Shown: positions 27,303 to 38,932 of the stretch, one piece after another | Numbering within the stretch: the stretch's first letter is position 1 | How the letters are laid out: every line of letters starts with the position of its first letter | From: Candidatus Humimonas hydrogenitrophica | GTDB taxonomy: Bacteria > Gemmatimonadota > Gemmatimonadetes > Palauibacterales > Palauibacteraceae | Direction of reading: 5' to 3' | DNA length: 64,000 bases | Assembly: GCA_947581615.1 (NCBI GenBank) | Contig: CANPVD010000068.1 | Location: forward strand, 2,240 to 66,239 | Made by a program: the position numbers and the translations under genes | Notes under the pieces: generated by a model | Databases searched by the model: none | Seen by the model: the letters and a program-made list of their open reading frames with translations, nothing else | What the model was told of the DNA's origin: nothing

Positions 27303-28722
27303 AGCTCTCGATCTCGTAGCCCGCCTCCCGGTCCAGGAGGGGCGCCTTGTAGTCGCCCGTCCAGCACGCCTCGCAGAAGGGCCCGTGCCCCTCGACGGCG
27401 GCGCGCATGCCCTCCAGCGACAGGTAGCCCAGGGAATCGACGCCCAGGTGCTCGCCGATCTCCTCGATCGTCTTCTGCGCCCCGATCAGCTCCTCGCGCG
27501 TGGGCATGTCGATGCCGTAGTAGCACGGGTAGCGGATGGGCGGCGAGGCGATCCGGAAGTGGATCTCCCGCGCCCCCGCCTCGCGCAGGAGCGCCACCAG
27601 GCCGCGGCTCGTGGTCCCGCGGACCAGGGAGTCGTCCACGACGACGATGCGCCGATCCTCGATGAGCTCGCGGACGGGGTTGTACTTGACGCGGACCTTG
27701 AAGTCGCGGCCCGACTGGGTGGGGTGGATGAAGGTGCGGCCCACGTAGTGGTTGCGGATGAGCGCCAGCTCGAACGGGGTCCCGGACTCCTCGGCGTAGC
27801 CCAGCGCCGCGGAGTTCGAGGAGTCGGGCACGGCGAACACGCAGTCGGCCTCCACCGGGTGCTCGCGAGCCAGCTGCCGACCGAAGGCGCGGCGGGCCCG
27901 GTCCACGCTGCAGCCCCAGATGCGCGAGTCGGGCCGGGCGAAGTAGACGAGCTCGAACAGGCACGGCGCCGGCTCGGCCGGCGGCAGGGGACGCATGCTT
28001 TCCACACGACCGTGGCGGATCCTGAGGACCTCGCCCGGCTCCACGTCGCGGACGTACTCGGCGCCGATGATGTCCAGGGCGCAGGTTTCGGAGGCCACGA
28101 TGGCCGCCTCGGCCAGCCGGCCCAGCACCAGGGGGCGGAAGCCGCGCGGGTCGCGGGCCGCGTACAGGGTGTCGCCGACGCTGAGGGCCAGGGAGAAGGC
28201 GCCCTGGATCTGGGAGAGCGCGTCATCGACCTGGGCGCTCTCGGAGTCGCGGCGCGAGCGCGCGATCAGGTGGATGACCACCTCGGAGTCGCTGTCCGTC
28301 TGGAAGATGGCCCCCTCGGACGTGAGCCGGTCCCGGAGCTCGTGCTGGTTGGTGAGGTTGCCGTTGTGCGCCAGGGCGAGGGGCCCGCGGCGGTAGTCGA
28401 CCAGGACGGGCTGCGCGTTGCGCAGGTCCGACGCTCCCGCGGTCGAGTAGCGGACGTGGCCGAGCGCCATCGAGCCCATGAGCCGCCGCATGGAGGCGTC
28501 GTCGAACACGTCGCTCACCAGCCCCATGCCCCGGTGCGAGCGGGCCGTGCCGTCGGCCCCGATGGCCACGATGCCGGCGGACTCCTGCCCGCGGTGCTGG
28601 AGAGCGTACAGTCCCATGAAGGTGAGGGCCGCGGCATCGGGCGAGCCGCTCACCGCGAATACGCCACACTCGTCGTGCGGCTTGTCGTCGCCTTCGATGA
28701 TCGGAAGGGGTCGGTTCACCAT
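27292..28722 (-). CDS. purF: Amidophosphoribosyltransferase
   Basis: ORF 27292..28956 trimmed to ATG 28722 (MVNRPLPIIEGDDKPHDECGVFAV). Ntn-glutaminase Cys after propeptide. PRT motif VVVDDSLVRGTTS. Confidence 0.9.
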   Translation of the reverse strand: MVNRPLPIIEGDDKPHDECGVFAVSGSPDAAALTFMGLYALQHRGQESAGIVAIGADGTARSHRGMGLVSDVFDDASMRRLMGSMALGHVRYSTAGASDLRNAQPVLVDYRRGPLALAHNGNLTNQHELRDRLTSEGAIFQTDSDSEVVIHLIARSRRDSESAQVDDALSQIQGAFSLALSVGDTLYAARDPRGFRPLVLGRLAEAAIVASETCALDIIGAEYVRDVEPGEVLRIRHGRVESMRPLPPAEPAPCLFELVYFARPDSRIWGCSVDRARRAFGRQLAREHPVEADCVFAVPDSSNSAALGYAEESGTPFELALIRNHYVGRTFIHPTQSGRDFKVRVKYNPVRELIEDRRIVVVDDSLVRGTTSRGLVALLREAGAREIHFRIASPPIRYPCYYGIDMPTREELIGAQKTIEEIGEHLGVDSLGYLSLEGMRAAVEGHGPFCEACWTGDYKAPLLDREAGYEIESCAC

Positions 28723-28747
28723 GGCCTCGGGCCCGGTAGGGTTCGTC

Positions 28748-31024
28748 TCACGTGGTGAGCCCCGCCTCGTGCTCCATGCGGCGGGGAAGGGCACGGTCGT
28801 ACACGGAGGCCGCCTCGGGGGCGTCCACCGCGGCGGTGCGGCCGGCGGCCGCGATGCGGATCGGACCCCCGCGGGGACCCACCCGTCCGGCCCGGGCGGC
28901 GGCGACGCCGCGGCGCCCGGCCAGCTCGAGCAGCGGCTCCAGGTCGCCGGGCGCACACGAGAGCGCCGCGCGCGACTGGCTCTCGCCGAACAGGAGCGCG
29001 GCGGCCGAGACGCCGTCGCCGGCCAGCTCGGTCTCCACGCCCACCGGGCCTCCCTCGGCCAGGATGGCGCATTCGGTCAGGGCCACGGCCAGGCCCCCAT
29101 CGGAGACGTCGTGCGCGGAGCGCAGGAGGCCCCGGCCGGCGGCCTCGACCAGGAAGGCCACCAGCGCGGCGGCTTCTTCGAGGTCCAGGGCCGGAGGCTC
29201 CCCCGCCACCAGGCCGTGGACCGTGCGCAGGTACTCGGACCCGCCCAGCTCCTCCCGCGAGGTACCCACCAGCACCACCTCGTCGCCGGGCGCCTGGAAG
29301 GCGGACGGCACACGAGCGGTCACGTCGTCCAGGACCCCCACCATGCCGATCACGGGCGTGGGGTGAATGGGCCCGGCCGGCGTCTCGTTGTAGAGCGACA
29401 CGTTGCCGCCCGTCACCGGCGTGCCCAGGGCGCGGCAGGCCTCGCCGATGCCGGCCACGGCCTCGCGGAGCTGGTGGTAGACGGCCGGCTTGCGCGGGCT
29501 GCCGAAGTTGAGGCAGTTGGTGACGGCCAGCGGCCGGGCGCCCGAGCAGGCCACGTTGCGGGCCGCCTCGGCGACCGCGATCGCGGCCCCCCGGCGCGGC
29601 GACAGGTGGACGTAGCGGCCGTTCCCGTCCACGCTGGCCGCGATCCCCCGCGGCGTGCCCGCCAGCCGGAGGATGGCCGCGTCCGAGCCGGGCCGCACCA
29701 CGGTGTTGGTGCCCACCGTGGTGTCGTACTGCTCCCAGATCCAGCGCTTGGAGGCCACCGAGGGAGCGTCCAGGAGGGCCAGGAGGGCGTCCCGAGCCTC
29801 CTGGTCGGACCCGAGCTCCGCCGCATCCGTCAGGTCCCGGCCGCGCAGCCGGCCCACCGCCTCGTCCTCGCGCGCTTCGTACGTCACCATGGGAGGCTCG
29901 CCCACGAGCGGCGTGAGCGGGATCTCGGCCACGACCTCGCCATCGTGGCGCACGCGGAACAGGCCGTCGTCGGTGACCTTCCCGATCACGGCGCTCCCCA
30001 GCTCCCACTTCTCGAGCACCTCCCGCACCGCGTCCTCGCCGCCCGGCTCGGTGACGACGAGCATGCGCTCCTGCGACTCGGACAGGAGGATCTCGTAGGG
30101 CGTCATCCCGGTCTCACGCACGGGGACGCGGGCGGTGTCGATCTCGATGCCGGCCCCGGCGCGCTCGGCCATCTCGGTGGCGCTCGAGGTGAGGCCGGCG
30201 GCCCCCATGTCCTGGACGCCCACCACCAGGTCGCGCTCGATGAGCTCGAGCGTGGCCTCCAGGAGGAGCTTCTCGGTGAACGGGTCGCCCACCTGGACCT
30301 GGGGGCGGCTGTCGGCGGTCTCCTCTCCGAGCTCCTCGGAGGCGAAGGCGGCGCCATGGATCCCGTCCCGGCCGGTGCGCGAGCCCACCGTCAGCACCAC
30401 GTTGCCCGGCGCCCCGGTGCCGGCCCGCGTCAGCCGGTCGAGCCGTACGAGCCCCAGGCACATGACGTTCACGAGAGGGTTGCGCTCGTACACCGGGTCG
30501 AAGACCGTCTCGCCGCCCACGGTGGGGATGCCCACGCAGTTCCCGTAGTCGCCCACGCCGCGGACCACACCGTCCAGCAGGTAGCGGGAGCGCGGCGAGT
30601 CGAGGGCCCCGAAGCGCAGGCTGTCGAACAGGGCGACGGGCCGGGCACCCATGGTGAACACGTCGCGCAGGATCCCGCCCGAGCCCGTGGCGGCGCCCTG
30701 GTAGGGCTCCACGGCCGAGGGGTGGTTGTGGGACTCGATCTTGAAGGCCAGCCCCCAGCCGCCGCCCACGTCCACGACCCCGGCGTTCTCGCCCGGTCCC
30801 TGCACGACCGCCTCGCCCTCGGTGGGGAGGGTGCGGAGGAGCGGCTTCGAGCTCTTGTAGCTGCAGTGCTCCGACCACATGGCCGAGAACACTCCCAGCT
30901 CGGCGAAGGTGGGCTCGCGCCCCAGGATCTCCAGGATCCGGTTCCACTCGTCGCGGCTGAGGCCGTGGTCGGCGGCGAGCTCCGGGCCCATGGCCGGGCC
31001 GGCCGTGGCGGTGCCGGGGCTCAT
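28748..31024 (-). CDS. purL: Phosphoribosylformylglycinamidine synthase subunit PurL
   Basis: ORF 28748..31627 trimmed to ATG 31024 (MSPGTATAG), overlapping the purQ stop. AIR-synthase-related tandem domains. Confidence 0.9.
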   Translation of the reverse strand: MSPGTATAGPAMGPELAADHGLSRDEWNRILEILGREPTFAELGVFSAMWSEHCSYKSSKPLLRTLPTEGEAVVQGPGENAGVVDVGGGWGLAFKIESHNHPSAVEPYQGAATGSGGILRDVFTMGARPVALFDSLRFGALDSPRSRYLLDGVVRGVGDYGNCVGIPTVGGETVFDPVYERNPLVNVMCLGLVRLDRLTRAGTGAPGNVVLTVGSRTGRDGIHGAAFASEELGEETADSRPQVQVGDPFTEKLLLEATLELIERDLVVGVQDMGAAGLTSSATEMAERAGAGIEIDTARVPVRETGMTPYEILLSESQERMLVVTEPGGEDAVREVLEKWELGSAVIGKVTDDGLFRVRHDGEVVAEIPLTPLVGEPPMVTYEAREDEAVGRLRGRDLTDAAELGSDQEARDALLALLDAPSVASKRWIWEQYDTTVGTNTVVRPGSDAAILRLAGTPRGIAASVDGNGRYVHLSPRRGAAIAVAEAARNVACSGARPLAVTNCLNFGSPRKPAVYHQLREAVAGIGEACRALGTPVTGGNVSLYNETPAGPIHPTPVIGMVGVLDDVTARVPSAFQAPGDEVVLVGTSREELGGSEYLRTVHGLVAGEPPALDLEEAAALVAFLVEAAGRGLLRSAHDVSDGGLAVALTECAILAEGGPVGVETELAGDGVSAAALLFGESQSRAALSCAPGDLEPLLELAGRRGVAAARAGRVGPRGGPIRIAAAGRTAAVDAPEAASVYDRALPRRMEHEAGLTT

Positions 31025-31722
31025 GAGGCGGCCGCGGCCGTGGCGGCCAGGGCCGAGCGGAACACGCCGAGGCCGTCGTTCGAGCCCAGGATGGCGGCGT
31101 AGGCGCGGTCGGGGTGGGGCATGAGCCCCACGACGTTCCGGGCCTCGTTGCACACCCCCGCGATGGCCCGCAGCGAGCCGTTGGGGTTGGCCTCCGGCGT
31201 GGCGTTCCCCTCCGCGTCCACGTAGCGGAAGACGACGCGGCCTTCCTCCTCCAGCCGGTCCAGGGTGGTGGCGTCGGCCACGAAGCGCCCCTCGCCGTGC
31301 GAGAGCGGCATGCGGAGGACCTGTCCGCGGCGGTAGGCGCCGGTGAAGGCGGTATCCGTGCGCTCGACCGACAGGTGGACGTCGTGGGACAGGAAGCGCA
31401 GCGCGGCGTTGCGGGCCAGCGCTCCCGGCAGGAGGCCGGCCTCGCACAGGATCTGGAAGCCGTTGCAGATCCCCAGCACCGGGCCGCCCGCGCGCGCGAA
31501 ACTCTCGACCGCCTTCATGATCGGGCTGAAGCGAGCGATGGCGCCGGCCCGCAGGTAGTCGCCGTAGGCGAAGCCGCCCGGCAGGAGGATCGCGTCCGCT
31601 CCGCCCAGGTCCCGGTCGCGGTGCCACAGGTAGAAGGCGTCTTCTCCCAGGCCCTCCTCGACGGCGCGGTGACAGTCGGCGTCGCAGTTGGAGCCGGGGA
31701 AGCGGACGATCCCGAACCTCAT
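31021..31722 (-). CDS. purQ: Phosphoribosylformylglycinamidine synthase glutaminase subunit PurQ
   Basis: [31 protein letters not shown] class I GATase motifs. Confidence 0.9.
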   Translation of the reverse strand: MRFGIVRFPGSNCDADCHRAVEEGLGEDAFYLWHRDRDLGGADAILLPGGFAYGDYLRAGAIARFSPIMKAVESFARAGGPVLGICNGFQILCEAGLLPGALARNAALRFLSHDVHLSVERTDTAFTGAYRRGQVLRMPLSHGEGRFVADATTLDRLEEEGRVVFRYVDAEGNATPEANPNGSLRAIAGVCNEARNVVGLMPHPDRAYAAILGSNDGLGVFRSALAATAAAAS

Positions 31723-31991
31723 GCGCTCCCTCCGCCGGTCGCGGCGCTACCCGCGGCCGGCCGCACGGCGACCGCGAAGTCCTCGATCACGGGGTTGGCC
31801 AGGAGCTCCTCGCACATGCGCTCGGCCTCGTCGCGCGCCGCGGCCTCGTCCTCGGCCTCCAGCGACAGCCGGATGAGGCGGCCGGCCCGCACGGCCGAGG
31901 CGCCTCCGTAGCCCAGCTCCCGGAGCGCCCGTCCGATCGTCTGGCCCTCGGGGTCCAGGATCCCCTGGCGGGGCACCACCCGGATCTCCAC
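31719..31991 (-). CDS. purS: Phosphoribosylformylglycinamidine synthase subunit PurS (start codon uncertain)
   Basis: C-terminal end of ORF 31719..33950: (D)[38 protein letters not shown]. First canonical in-frame start is GTG at 31991. A perfect AAGGAGG lies 6 nt upstream of an in-frame ATA at 32006 instead. Confidence 0.7.
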   Translation of the reverse strand: MEIRVVPRQGILDPEGQTIGRALRELGYGGASAVRAGRLIRLSLEAEDEAAARDEAERMCEELLANPVIEDFAVAVRPAAGSAATGGGSA

Positions 31992-32026
31992 GTCGAAGAT
32001 GTCTATGACGTCCCTCCTTCCACTGG

Positions 32027-32953
32027 CTACGAGTCGTAGTCGGGGAGCTCCCGACCCGTCAGCCGGCGGTACGCGTCCAGGTACCGCTCGGTCGTGGCCC
32101 GCACCACGTCGTCCGGCAGGTCCGGGGCGGGCGGGTTGCGGTCCCAGCCGCCGTCCCCGACGAGGCCCTCCAGATAGTCGCGCACCGGCTGCTTGTCCAG
32201 CGAGGGCTGCGTGCGACCCGGCTCCCACGTCTCGGCGGGCCAGAAGCGCGAGGAGTCCGGCGTGAGCACCTCGTCGATCAGCAGGATCTCTCCGCTCCGC
32301 AGGCTGGTTCCGAACTCGAACTTGGTGTCCGCGATCAGGATGCCCCGCTCGCGCGCCGCCGCCCTGGCGAACCGGTACACGGCGAGGCTGAACTCGCGGA
32401 GGATCTCGGCCGTGTTGAGCCCCAGCAGCTCCCGCATGCGCGCGAAGCTGATGTTCTCGTCGTGGCCGGACTCCGCCTTGGTGGCCGGCGTGAAGCGAGG
32501 CTCGGGGAGCTCGTCGGCCTCCCGCAGCCCCTCGGGCAGCGGCTCGCCCGCCAGGGTGCCGTGCTCGCGGTACTCCTTCCAGCCCGAGCCGGCCAGGTAG
32601 CCCCGCACCACACACTCCACCGGGAACGGCTCCGAGCGCTCGACCAGCATGCCGCGACCGGCCCACGCCTCCCGGCTGGCCTCGAGCTCCGAATGCAGGC
32701 GAACGATCCGGTCGGGCTCGGCGGCCAGGCAGTGGCCGTGGACGATGTCCGCCGTCTCGCCGAACCAGTGGCGGGAGATCTGGGTCAGCACCGTGCCCTT
32801 GCGGGGGATCGGCTGCGGCAGGACGCAGTCGAAGGCGCTGATCCGGTCGCTGGCCACCATGAGCAGCGTGCCCGAGTCCACCTCGTACATCTCCCGGACC
32901 TTGCCCCGATGCAGGAGGGGCAGGGGGAGCTCCGTCTTCCGCACGACCGCCAT
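32027..32953 (-). CDS. purC: Phosphoribosylaminoimidazole-succinocarboxamide synthase
   Basis: LLHRGKVREMYEVD..SDRISAFD..IADTKFEFG SAICAR synthetase motifs. 308 aa. Confidence 0.9.
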   Translation of the reverse strand: MAVVRKTELPLPLLHRGKVREMYEVDSGTLLMVASDRISAFDCVLPQPIPRKGTVLTQISRHWFGETADIVHGHCLAAEPDRIVRLHSELEASREAWAGRGMLVERSEPFPVECVVRGYLAGSGWKEYREHGTLAGEPLPEGLREADELPEPRFTPATKAESGHDENISFARMRELLGLNTAEILREFSLAVYRFARAAARERGILIADTKFEFGTSLRSGEILLIDEVLTPDSSRFWPAETWEPGRTQPSLDKQPVRDYLEGLVGDGGWDRNPPAPDLPDDVVRATTERYLDAYRRLTGRELPDYDS

Positions 32954-33022
32954 CTCGCTCCTTACGTCGTCTGAGCGCGCGGGACCCCCGCGCGCGGCTG
33001 GTGCCGGTGCCGCAACGGCCTT

Positions 33023-34456
33023 CTACACCCGCAGGGTCACGGTCTCGCCGCTGCCGTCCGCGCCCTCGAGCAGCGGGTCGACCCGTATCCGCAGGAAGCG
33101 ATCCACCTGCTCCGGCGCGCGGCCGACCAGGCCCTCGGGCCGTGCCAGCGCCTCGAGGCGGTCCCGGTCCAGGCCAAAGGACGGGTCCGCCGCCACGCGG
33201 TCCAGGAAGTCGTTGTCGGACGCGCCCTCGTCCAGGCGGCGCCGCGCCTCCATGGCGTGGCGGCGGACCCGCTCGTGCAGCTCCTGGCGGTCGCCCCCCG
33301 CCTCCACGCCGGCGAGAAGCACCTCCTCGACGACCAGGAAGGGGAGCGCCCGCGCCAGCCGCTCGCCGATGACCGCCGGGTGCACGACGAGACCCGCGCC
33401 CACGTTGGCCACGAGCTGGAGGACGGCGTCTGCGCACAGGTAGGCCTCGGGGAGGGCGATGCGCCGGTTGGCGGAGTCGTCCAGGGTCCGCTCCATCCAC
33501 TGGACCGACGCGGTCCACGAGGCGTCCAGCTCGAGGACGCACAGGTGACGCGCCAGGGCGCAGATGCGCTCGGAGCGCATCGGATTCCGCTTGTAGGGCA
33601 TGGCCGAGGAGCCGACCTGGCGATCCCCGAAGGGCTCCTCGACCTCCCCGAACGCCTGCAGCAGGCGGACGTCGTGTCCGAAGCGGGCCGTGCTCGCCCC
33701 GATCCCCGCCAGGGCGGCCAGGCAGCGCTGGTCGACCTTGCGGGGATAGGTCTGCCCGACGACATCGTACACGCCCGGGAACTCGAAGCGCTCGGCCAGG
33801 ATCTCGTTGAGCCGGTCCACCTTCTCGCCATCGCCCAGGAGGCGGAGAAAGCTGGCCTCGGTGCCGGTGGTGCCGCGCGCGCCCCGCAGCCTGAGATCCG
33901 CCAGGGCCCGGTCGACGGCCTCGACGTCGGAGACGAGATCCTGCATCCACAGGCAGGCCCGCTTGCCCACCGTGGTGGGCTGGGCGGGCTGCAGGTGCGT
34001 GTAGCCGAGGGTGGGCTCGGCGGCGTGCTCGCGGGCGAAGCGGGCCAGCGCTCCCACCGCGGCGAGCAGGCGGCGGCGCACGAGCCGGAGCGCCTCGCGG
34101 TGCTGGAGGAGCCCCGCGTTGTCGGCCACGAAGCAGCTGGTGGCGCCGAGGTGGATGTGGCCGCGGGCCTCGGGGGCCACCTCGCCGAAGTGGTGCACGT
34201 GGGCCATGACGTCGTGGCGAAGCTCGGCCTCGATCTCGGCGACCCGCGCCAGGTCCACCCGGTCGCGCGCCGCCCGCATGGCGGCGATCGCCTCACCGGA
34301 GACGGACACGCCGAGCTCGCGCTCGGCCTCGGCCAGGGCGATCCACAGGTCCCGCCACTGGAGGGCCTGGCGACGCGGCGAGAACACCGCGGCCATCTCG
34401 GGCGAGGCGTACCGATCGAGCAACGGGTGCGGGTAGGCCTCTGGTCGATCGCTCAC
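33023..34456 (-). CDS. purB: Adenylosuccinate lyase
   Basis: 477 aa. GATSCFVADN and fumarate-lyase signature SSAMPYKRNPMRSE. Confidence 0.9.
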   Translation of the reverse strand: MSDRPEAYPHPLLDRYASPEMAAVFSPRRQALQWRDLWIALAEAERELGVSVSGEAIAAMRAARDRVDLARVAEIEAELRHDVMAHVHHFGEVAPEARGHIHLGATSCFVADNAGLLQHREALRLVRRRLLAAVGALARFAREHAAEPTLGYTHLQPAQPTTVGKRACLWMQDLVSDVEAVDRALADLRLRGARGTTGTEASFLRLLGDGEKVDRLNEILAERFEFPGVYDVVGQTYPRKVDQRCLAALAGIGASTARFGHDVRLLQAFGEVEEPFGDRQVGSSAMPYKRNPMRSERICALARHLCVLELDASWTASVQWMERTLDDSANRRIALPEAYLCADAVLQLVANVGAGLVVHPAVIGERLARALPFLVVEEVLLAGVEAGGDRQELHERVRRHAMEARRRLDEGASDNDFLDRVAADPSFGLDRDRLEALARPEGLVGRAPEQVDRFLRIRVDPLLEGADGSGETVTLRV

Positions 34457-34490
34457 GTTCTCAATCCTCCGTGCCGCGCGCCGCGGCCGA

Positions 34491-36029
<1,539 letters not shown>

Positions 36030-36056
36030 CCCGTCCCCCTCACGTGGGCTCTCCGG

Positions 36057-36881
36057 TCACGCTGGATCTCCGGGCTCGTCGACGGCGGTGAGGCCGGGGA
36101 CGCCCGGGCGCCGGTTCCAGGCCGTACCGTACCGCACGCCGGTCAGGTAGAGTCCCTGCGGGGGCGCCGGGGCCGGCGGTCGCCAGGCGCCCGATCCGCC
36201 CAGGAGCCCCGCCATCTCGTCCGGGCCGCGCCGCCCGGTCGCGATCTCCACCTGCGTGCGCACGAGGTATCGTACCATGTGGTGGAGGAAGCGGTTCGCC
36301 ACGATGAGGAACCGGAGGTCGCCGAGGGTCGTCCTCGACCATCCTGCGGCCTCGACGATGCAGGTCGTGCCTCGCTCCTCCTGGCCGGACTTGGCGAACG
36401 CCTCGAAGGAATGGCGTCCGAGCAGAGTCGCCGCCGCGGCGGCGAGACGATCCGGCCCCGGGGCCGGATACACGCGCCACACACGTCCGGCGCGCAGGGG
36501 GGAGGCCGATCCCGGCCCGGTGGCCAGGAAGTACTCGTAACGGCGGGCGGTCGCGTCGTAACGCGGATGAAATTCTCGCGACGTCTCGGTAAGTTTCTCG
36601 ATCCAGATTTCGTCGGGCACGACCGCGTTGAGCGCTCGCCGCATCTCCGCGGCTCGCCACCGCCGCGGCGCGGAGAACGAGATCTCCTGGCCCGCGGCGT
36701 GCACCCCGCGGTCGGTGCGGCCGGCCGCCAGCGTGCGCGCGGGCGCGTCGAGCAGCCGGGACAGGGCGGCCTCGAGCTCGCCCTGCACGGTGCGTCTCCG
36801 CGGCTGCACCTGCCAGCCGTGGAAGGCAGCGCCGTCGAAGTGCACGGTGGCGCGGAACCAGGTGCGGGTCCGTTCCTGCAC
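36057..36881 (-). CDS. truA: tRNA pseudouridine(38-40) synthase
   Basis: GRTDRGVHAAGQ catalytic Asp motif. 274 aa. Confidence 0.85.
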   Translation of the reverse strand: MQERTRTWFRATVHFDGAAFHGWQVQPRRRTVQGELEAALSRLLDAPARTLAAGRTDRGVHAAGQEISFSAPRRWRAAEMRRALNAVVPDEIWIEKLTETSREFHPRYDATARRYEYFLATGPGSASPLRAGRVWRVYPAPGPDRLAAAAATLLGRHSFEAFAKSGQEERGTTCIVEAAGWSRTTLGDLRFLIVANRFLHHMVRYLVRTQVEIATGRRGPDEMAGLLGGSGAWRPPAPAPPQGLYLTGVRYGTAWNRRPGVPGLTAVDEPGDPA

Positions 36882-37012
36882 GGCGCCAAGCTACCCGGCG
36901 CCGTCGCGGGGTGTCAAGCTGGAACCGGCGGCGGCGGAACGGGTTTCCAGCAGAGTCGAGGGTGGAGGAGCCGGTCGCTCGGGCGGAGGTGCGTGGAGGC
37001 GTGACGGACAGC

Positions 37013-38020
37013 ATGCGGGAACGGGCGGCGGGAGGGGCCCTGTCGGCCGCCGAGGCCGAGCGGGCCTTCGGCCGCATCGTGCGGGGCGAGGAAGACCCGG
37101 AGGACACGGCGGCGCTCTTGCTGGCCATGCGCGAGCGGGGCGAGACCCCGGCCGAGGTGGCGGGGGGCGTGCGCGCCCTGCGCAGCGCGATGGTGGAGGT
37201 GGCGCTCCCGGCGGATGGCCTGGTGGACACGTGTGGTACCGGCGGAGGGCGGTTCACGACCTTCAACATCTCCACCGTGGCCGCCCTGGTGGCGGCGGGC
37301 GGCGGCGTGCCGGTGGCCAAGCACGGCAACCGGTCCTTCACCTCGCGGTGCGGGAGCGCGGACGTGCTGGAGATCCTGGGCGTGGCCATCGACCTCCCGG
37401 CGGAAGCGCTGGCCGAGGTGTTCGAGGCCACCGGCTTCTGCTTCATGTTCGCGCCTCGCTTCCATCCCGCCATGCGTCACGTGGCGCCGGTCCGCAGGAA
37501 GCTCGGGGTGACGACGATCATGAACCTCCTGGGCCCCCTGACCAGTCCGGCCCGCGTGCGTCGGCAGGTGGTGGGCGTTTCGGACCCCGACCGGCTCGAG
37601 CTCATCGCCGGAGCCCTGCTGGAGCTGGGGCACGAGCGGGCGCTCGTCGTCCACGGCGACCCGGGCATGGACGAGCTCAGCCCGATCGGGATCACGCGGG
37701 GGATGCGGCTGGACCGCGGGCGCCTGGAGCCGTTCGAGCTGGACCCACGGGCGCTCGGCTGGGAGGCCCTGTCGCGCGACGACCTGGGGGGCGGCTCGCC
37801 CGAGCGCAACGCCGCGCTCGCGGTCGGCATCCTGGACGGCTCGATCCGGGGTGCGGCCAGGGCGGCGGTCGTGCTCAACGCGGCGGCCGCCTTCTGGGCG
37901 GCGGGGCGCGCGGACAACCTGGAGGAGGGCGTGGACGGGGCGAGGGCCTCGCTGGAAGGGGGACGGGCCTTCGGGGTCCTCGAGCGCCTGCGCTCGCTCA
38001 CCGCCGAGCGGGCCGGCTGA
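37013..38020 (+). CDS. trpD: Anthranilate phosphoribosyltransferase
   Basis: ORF 36911..38020. ATG 37013 (MRERAAGG) is preferred over upstream GTG/ATG. CGTGGG, KHGNRS and glycosyltransferase family 3 motifs. Confidence 0.8.
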   Translation: MRERAAGGALSAAEAERAFGRIVRGEEDPEDTAALLLAMRERGETPAEVAGGVRALRSAMVEVALPADGLVDTCGTGGGRFTTFNISTVAALVAAGGGVPVAKHGNRSFTSRCGSADVLEILGVAIDLPAEALAEVFEATGFCFMFAPRFHPAMRHVAPVRRKLGVTTIMNLLGPLTSPARVRRQVVGVSDPDRLELIAGALLELGHERALVVHGDPGMDELSPIGITRGMRLDRGRLEPFELDPRALGWEALSRDDLGGGSPERNAALAVGILDGSIRGAARAAVVLNAAAAFWAAGRADNLEEGVDGARASLEGGRAFGVLERLRSLTAERAG

Positions 38021-38061
38021 TCGACGGCGCACGCCGCACCGGACCACCCCGCTCGCCAGGG

Positions 38062-38673
38062 TCAGTACTTCCGGATCACCCCGACGACGACGCCACGGAT
38101 CCGGACCCGGTCCGCGTCGAACAGGAGGGCGTCGAGGGCCGGATTGGCGGGCTGGAGGCGCACCCGGCCGTCCATCTCGTGGTAGAACTTCTTCATGGTG
38201 GCGTTCTCCCCGTCCACCAGCGCGATCACCATCTCACCCTCGTGCGCCGTCTCGCGGGACTGGACGATCACGTAATCCCCGCTGCGGATCTGCTCGTCGA
38301 TCATCGAGTCTCCCCGCACGCGCAGCACGAAGTGCTCGCGGCGGGAGCCCGCCACCATGTCCTCGGGGACGGTCAGCGTCTCGGTGTCCTCGATGGCCTC
38401 GATCGGCTCGCCGGCGGCCACCAGCCCGAGCAGCGGGAGGTCGGTCGTTCCCGATCCGTTCGCGCGGCGGGCGAGCTCGATGGAGCGGCTCTCGTTGTAG
38501 CTCTTCCGGATGTAGCCCTTGTCCTGGAGGTTGCAGAGGTGCTCGTGGACCGTGGCCAGGGACCGGTAGCCGAAATGGTCGGCGATCTCCTCGAAGCTGG
38601 GAGAATAGCCGTTGCTGTCGAGGAACGTCTCGACGAAGTCGAGGATTTCCTTCTGTCGCCTGGTGAGGGCCAT
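38062..38673 (-). CDS. lexA: LexA repressor
   Basis: ORF 38062..38958 trimmed to ATG 38673 (MALTRRQKEILDFV). N-terminal wHTH. S24 peptidase VRGDSM..K dyad. AAG autocleavage site. GGAG RBS. Confidence 0.85.
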   Translation of the reverse strand: MALTRRQKEILDFVETFLDSNGYSPSFEEIADHFGYRSLATVHEHLCNLQDKGYIRKSYNESRSIELARRANGSGTTDLPLLGLVAAGEPIEAIEDTETLTVPEDMVAGSRREHFVLRVRGDSMIDEQIRSGDYVIVQSRETAHEGEMVIALVDGENATMKKFYHEMDGRVRLQPANPALDALLFDADRVRIRGVVVGVIRKY

Positions 38674-38932
38674 CGGCTCCGTCCCCGTGGTGTGCCGGTC
38701 GCGTCTCGACGCCCCCGGGCCGCGGCGCTGCTCGCCGGGCACCGAAGGGAAACCGAAAGCAAGGTACCCGAACAGGCCCCGAAACGCAAGCACGCGCGTG
38801 ACGGCGCGGGGCTTGCGCGTCCCGTGAGCCGAGGAGGGCACACCGAGAGGGCGCGCTCGCGGCTCTGCCGCGGCGGTCCACGGACCGCGGCCGCGCGCCG
38901 GCACCCTGGACACCACACGGGAGGAGATCGCG

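Noticed and set aside
38612-38827. 71-aa ORF in the lexA/trpC intergenic region
   Set aside because: Poor composition and no RBS. The region is better explained as the lexA leader and divergent promoters.
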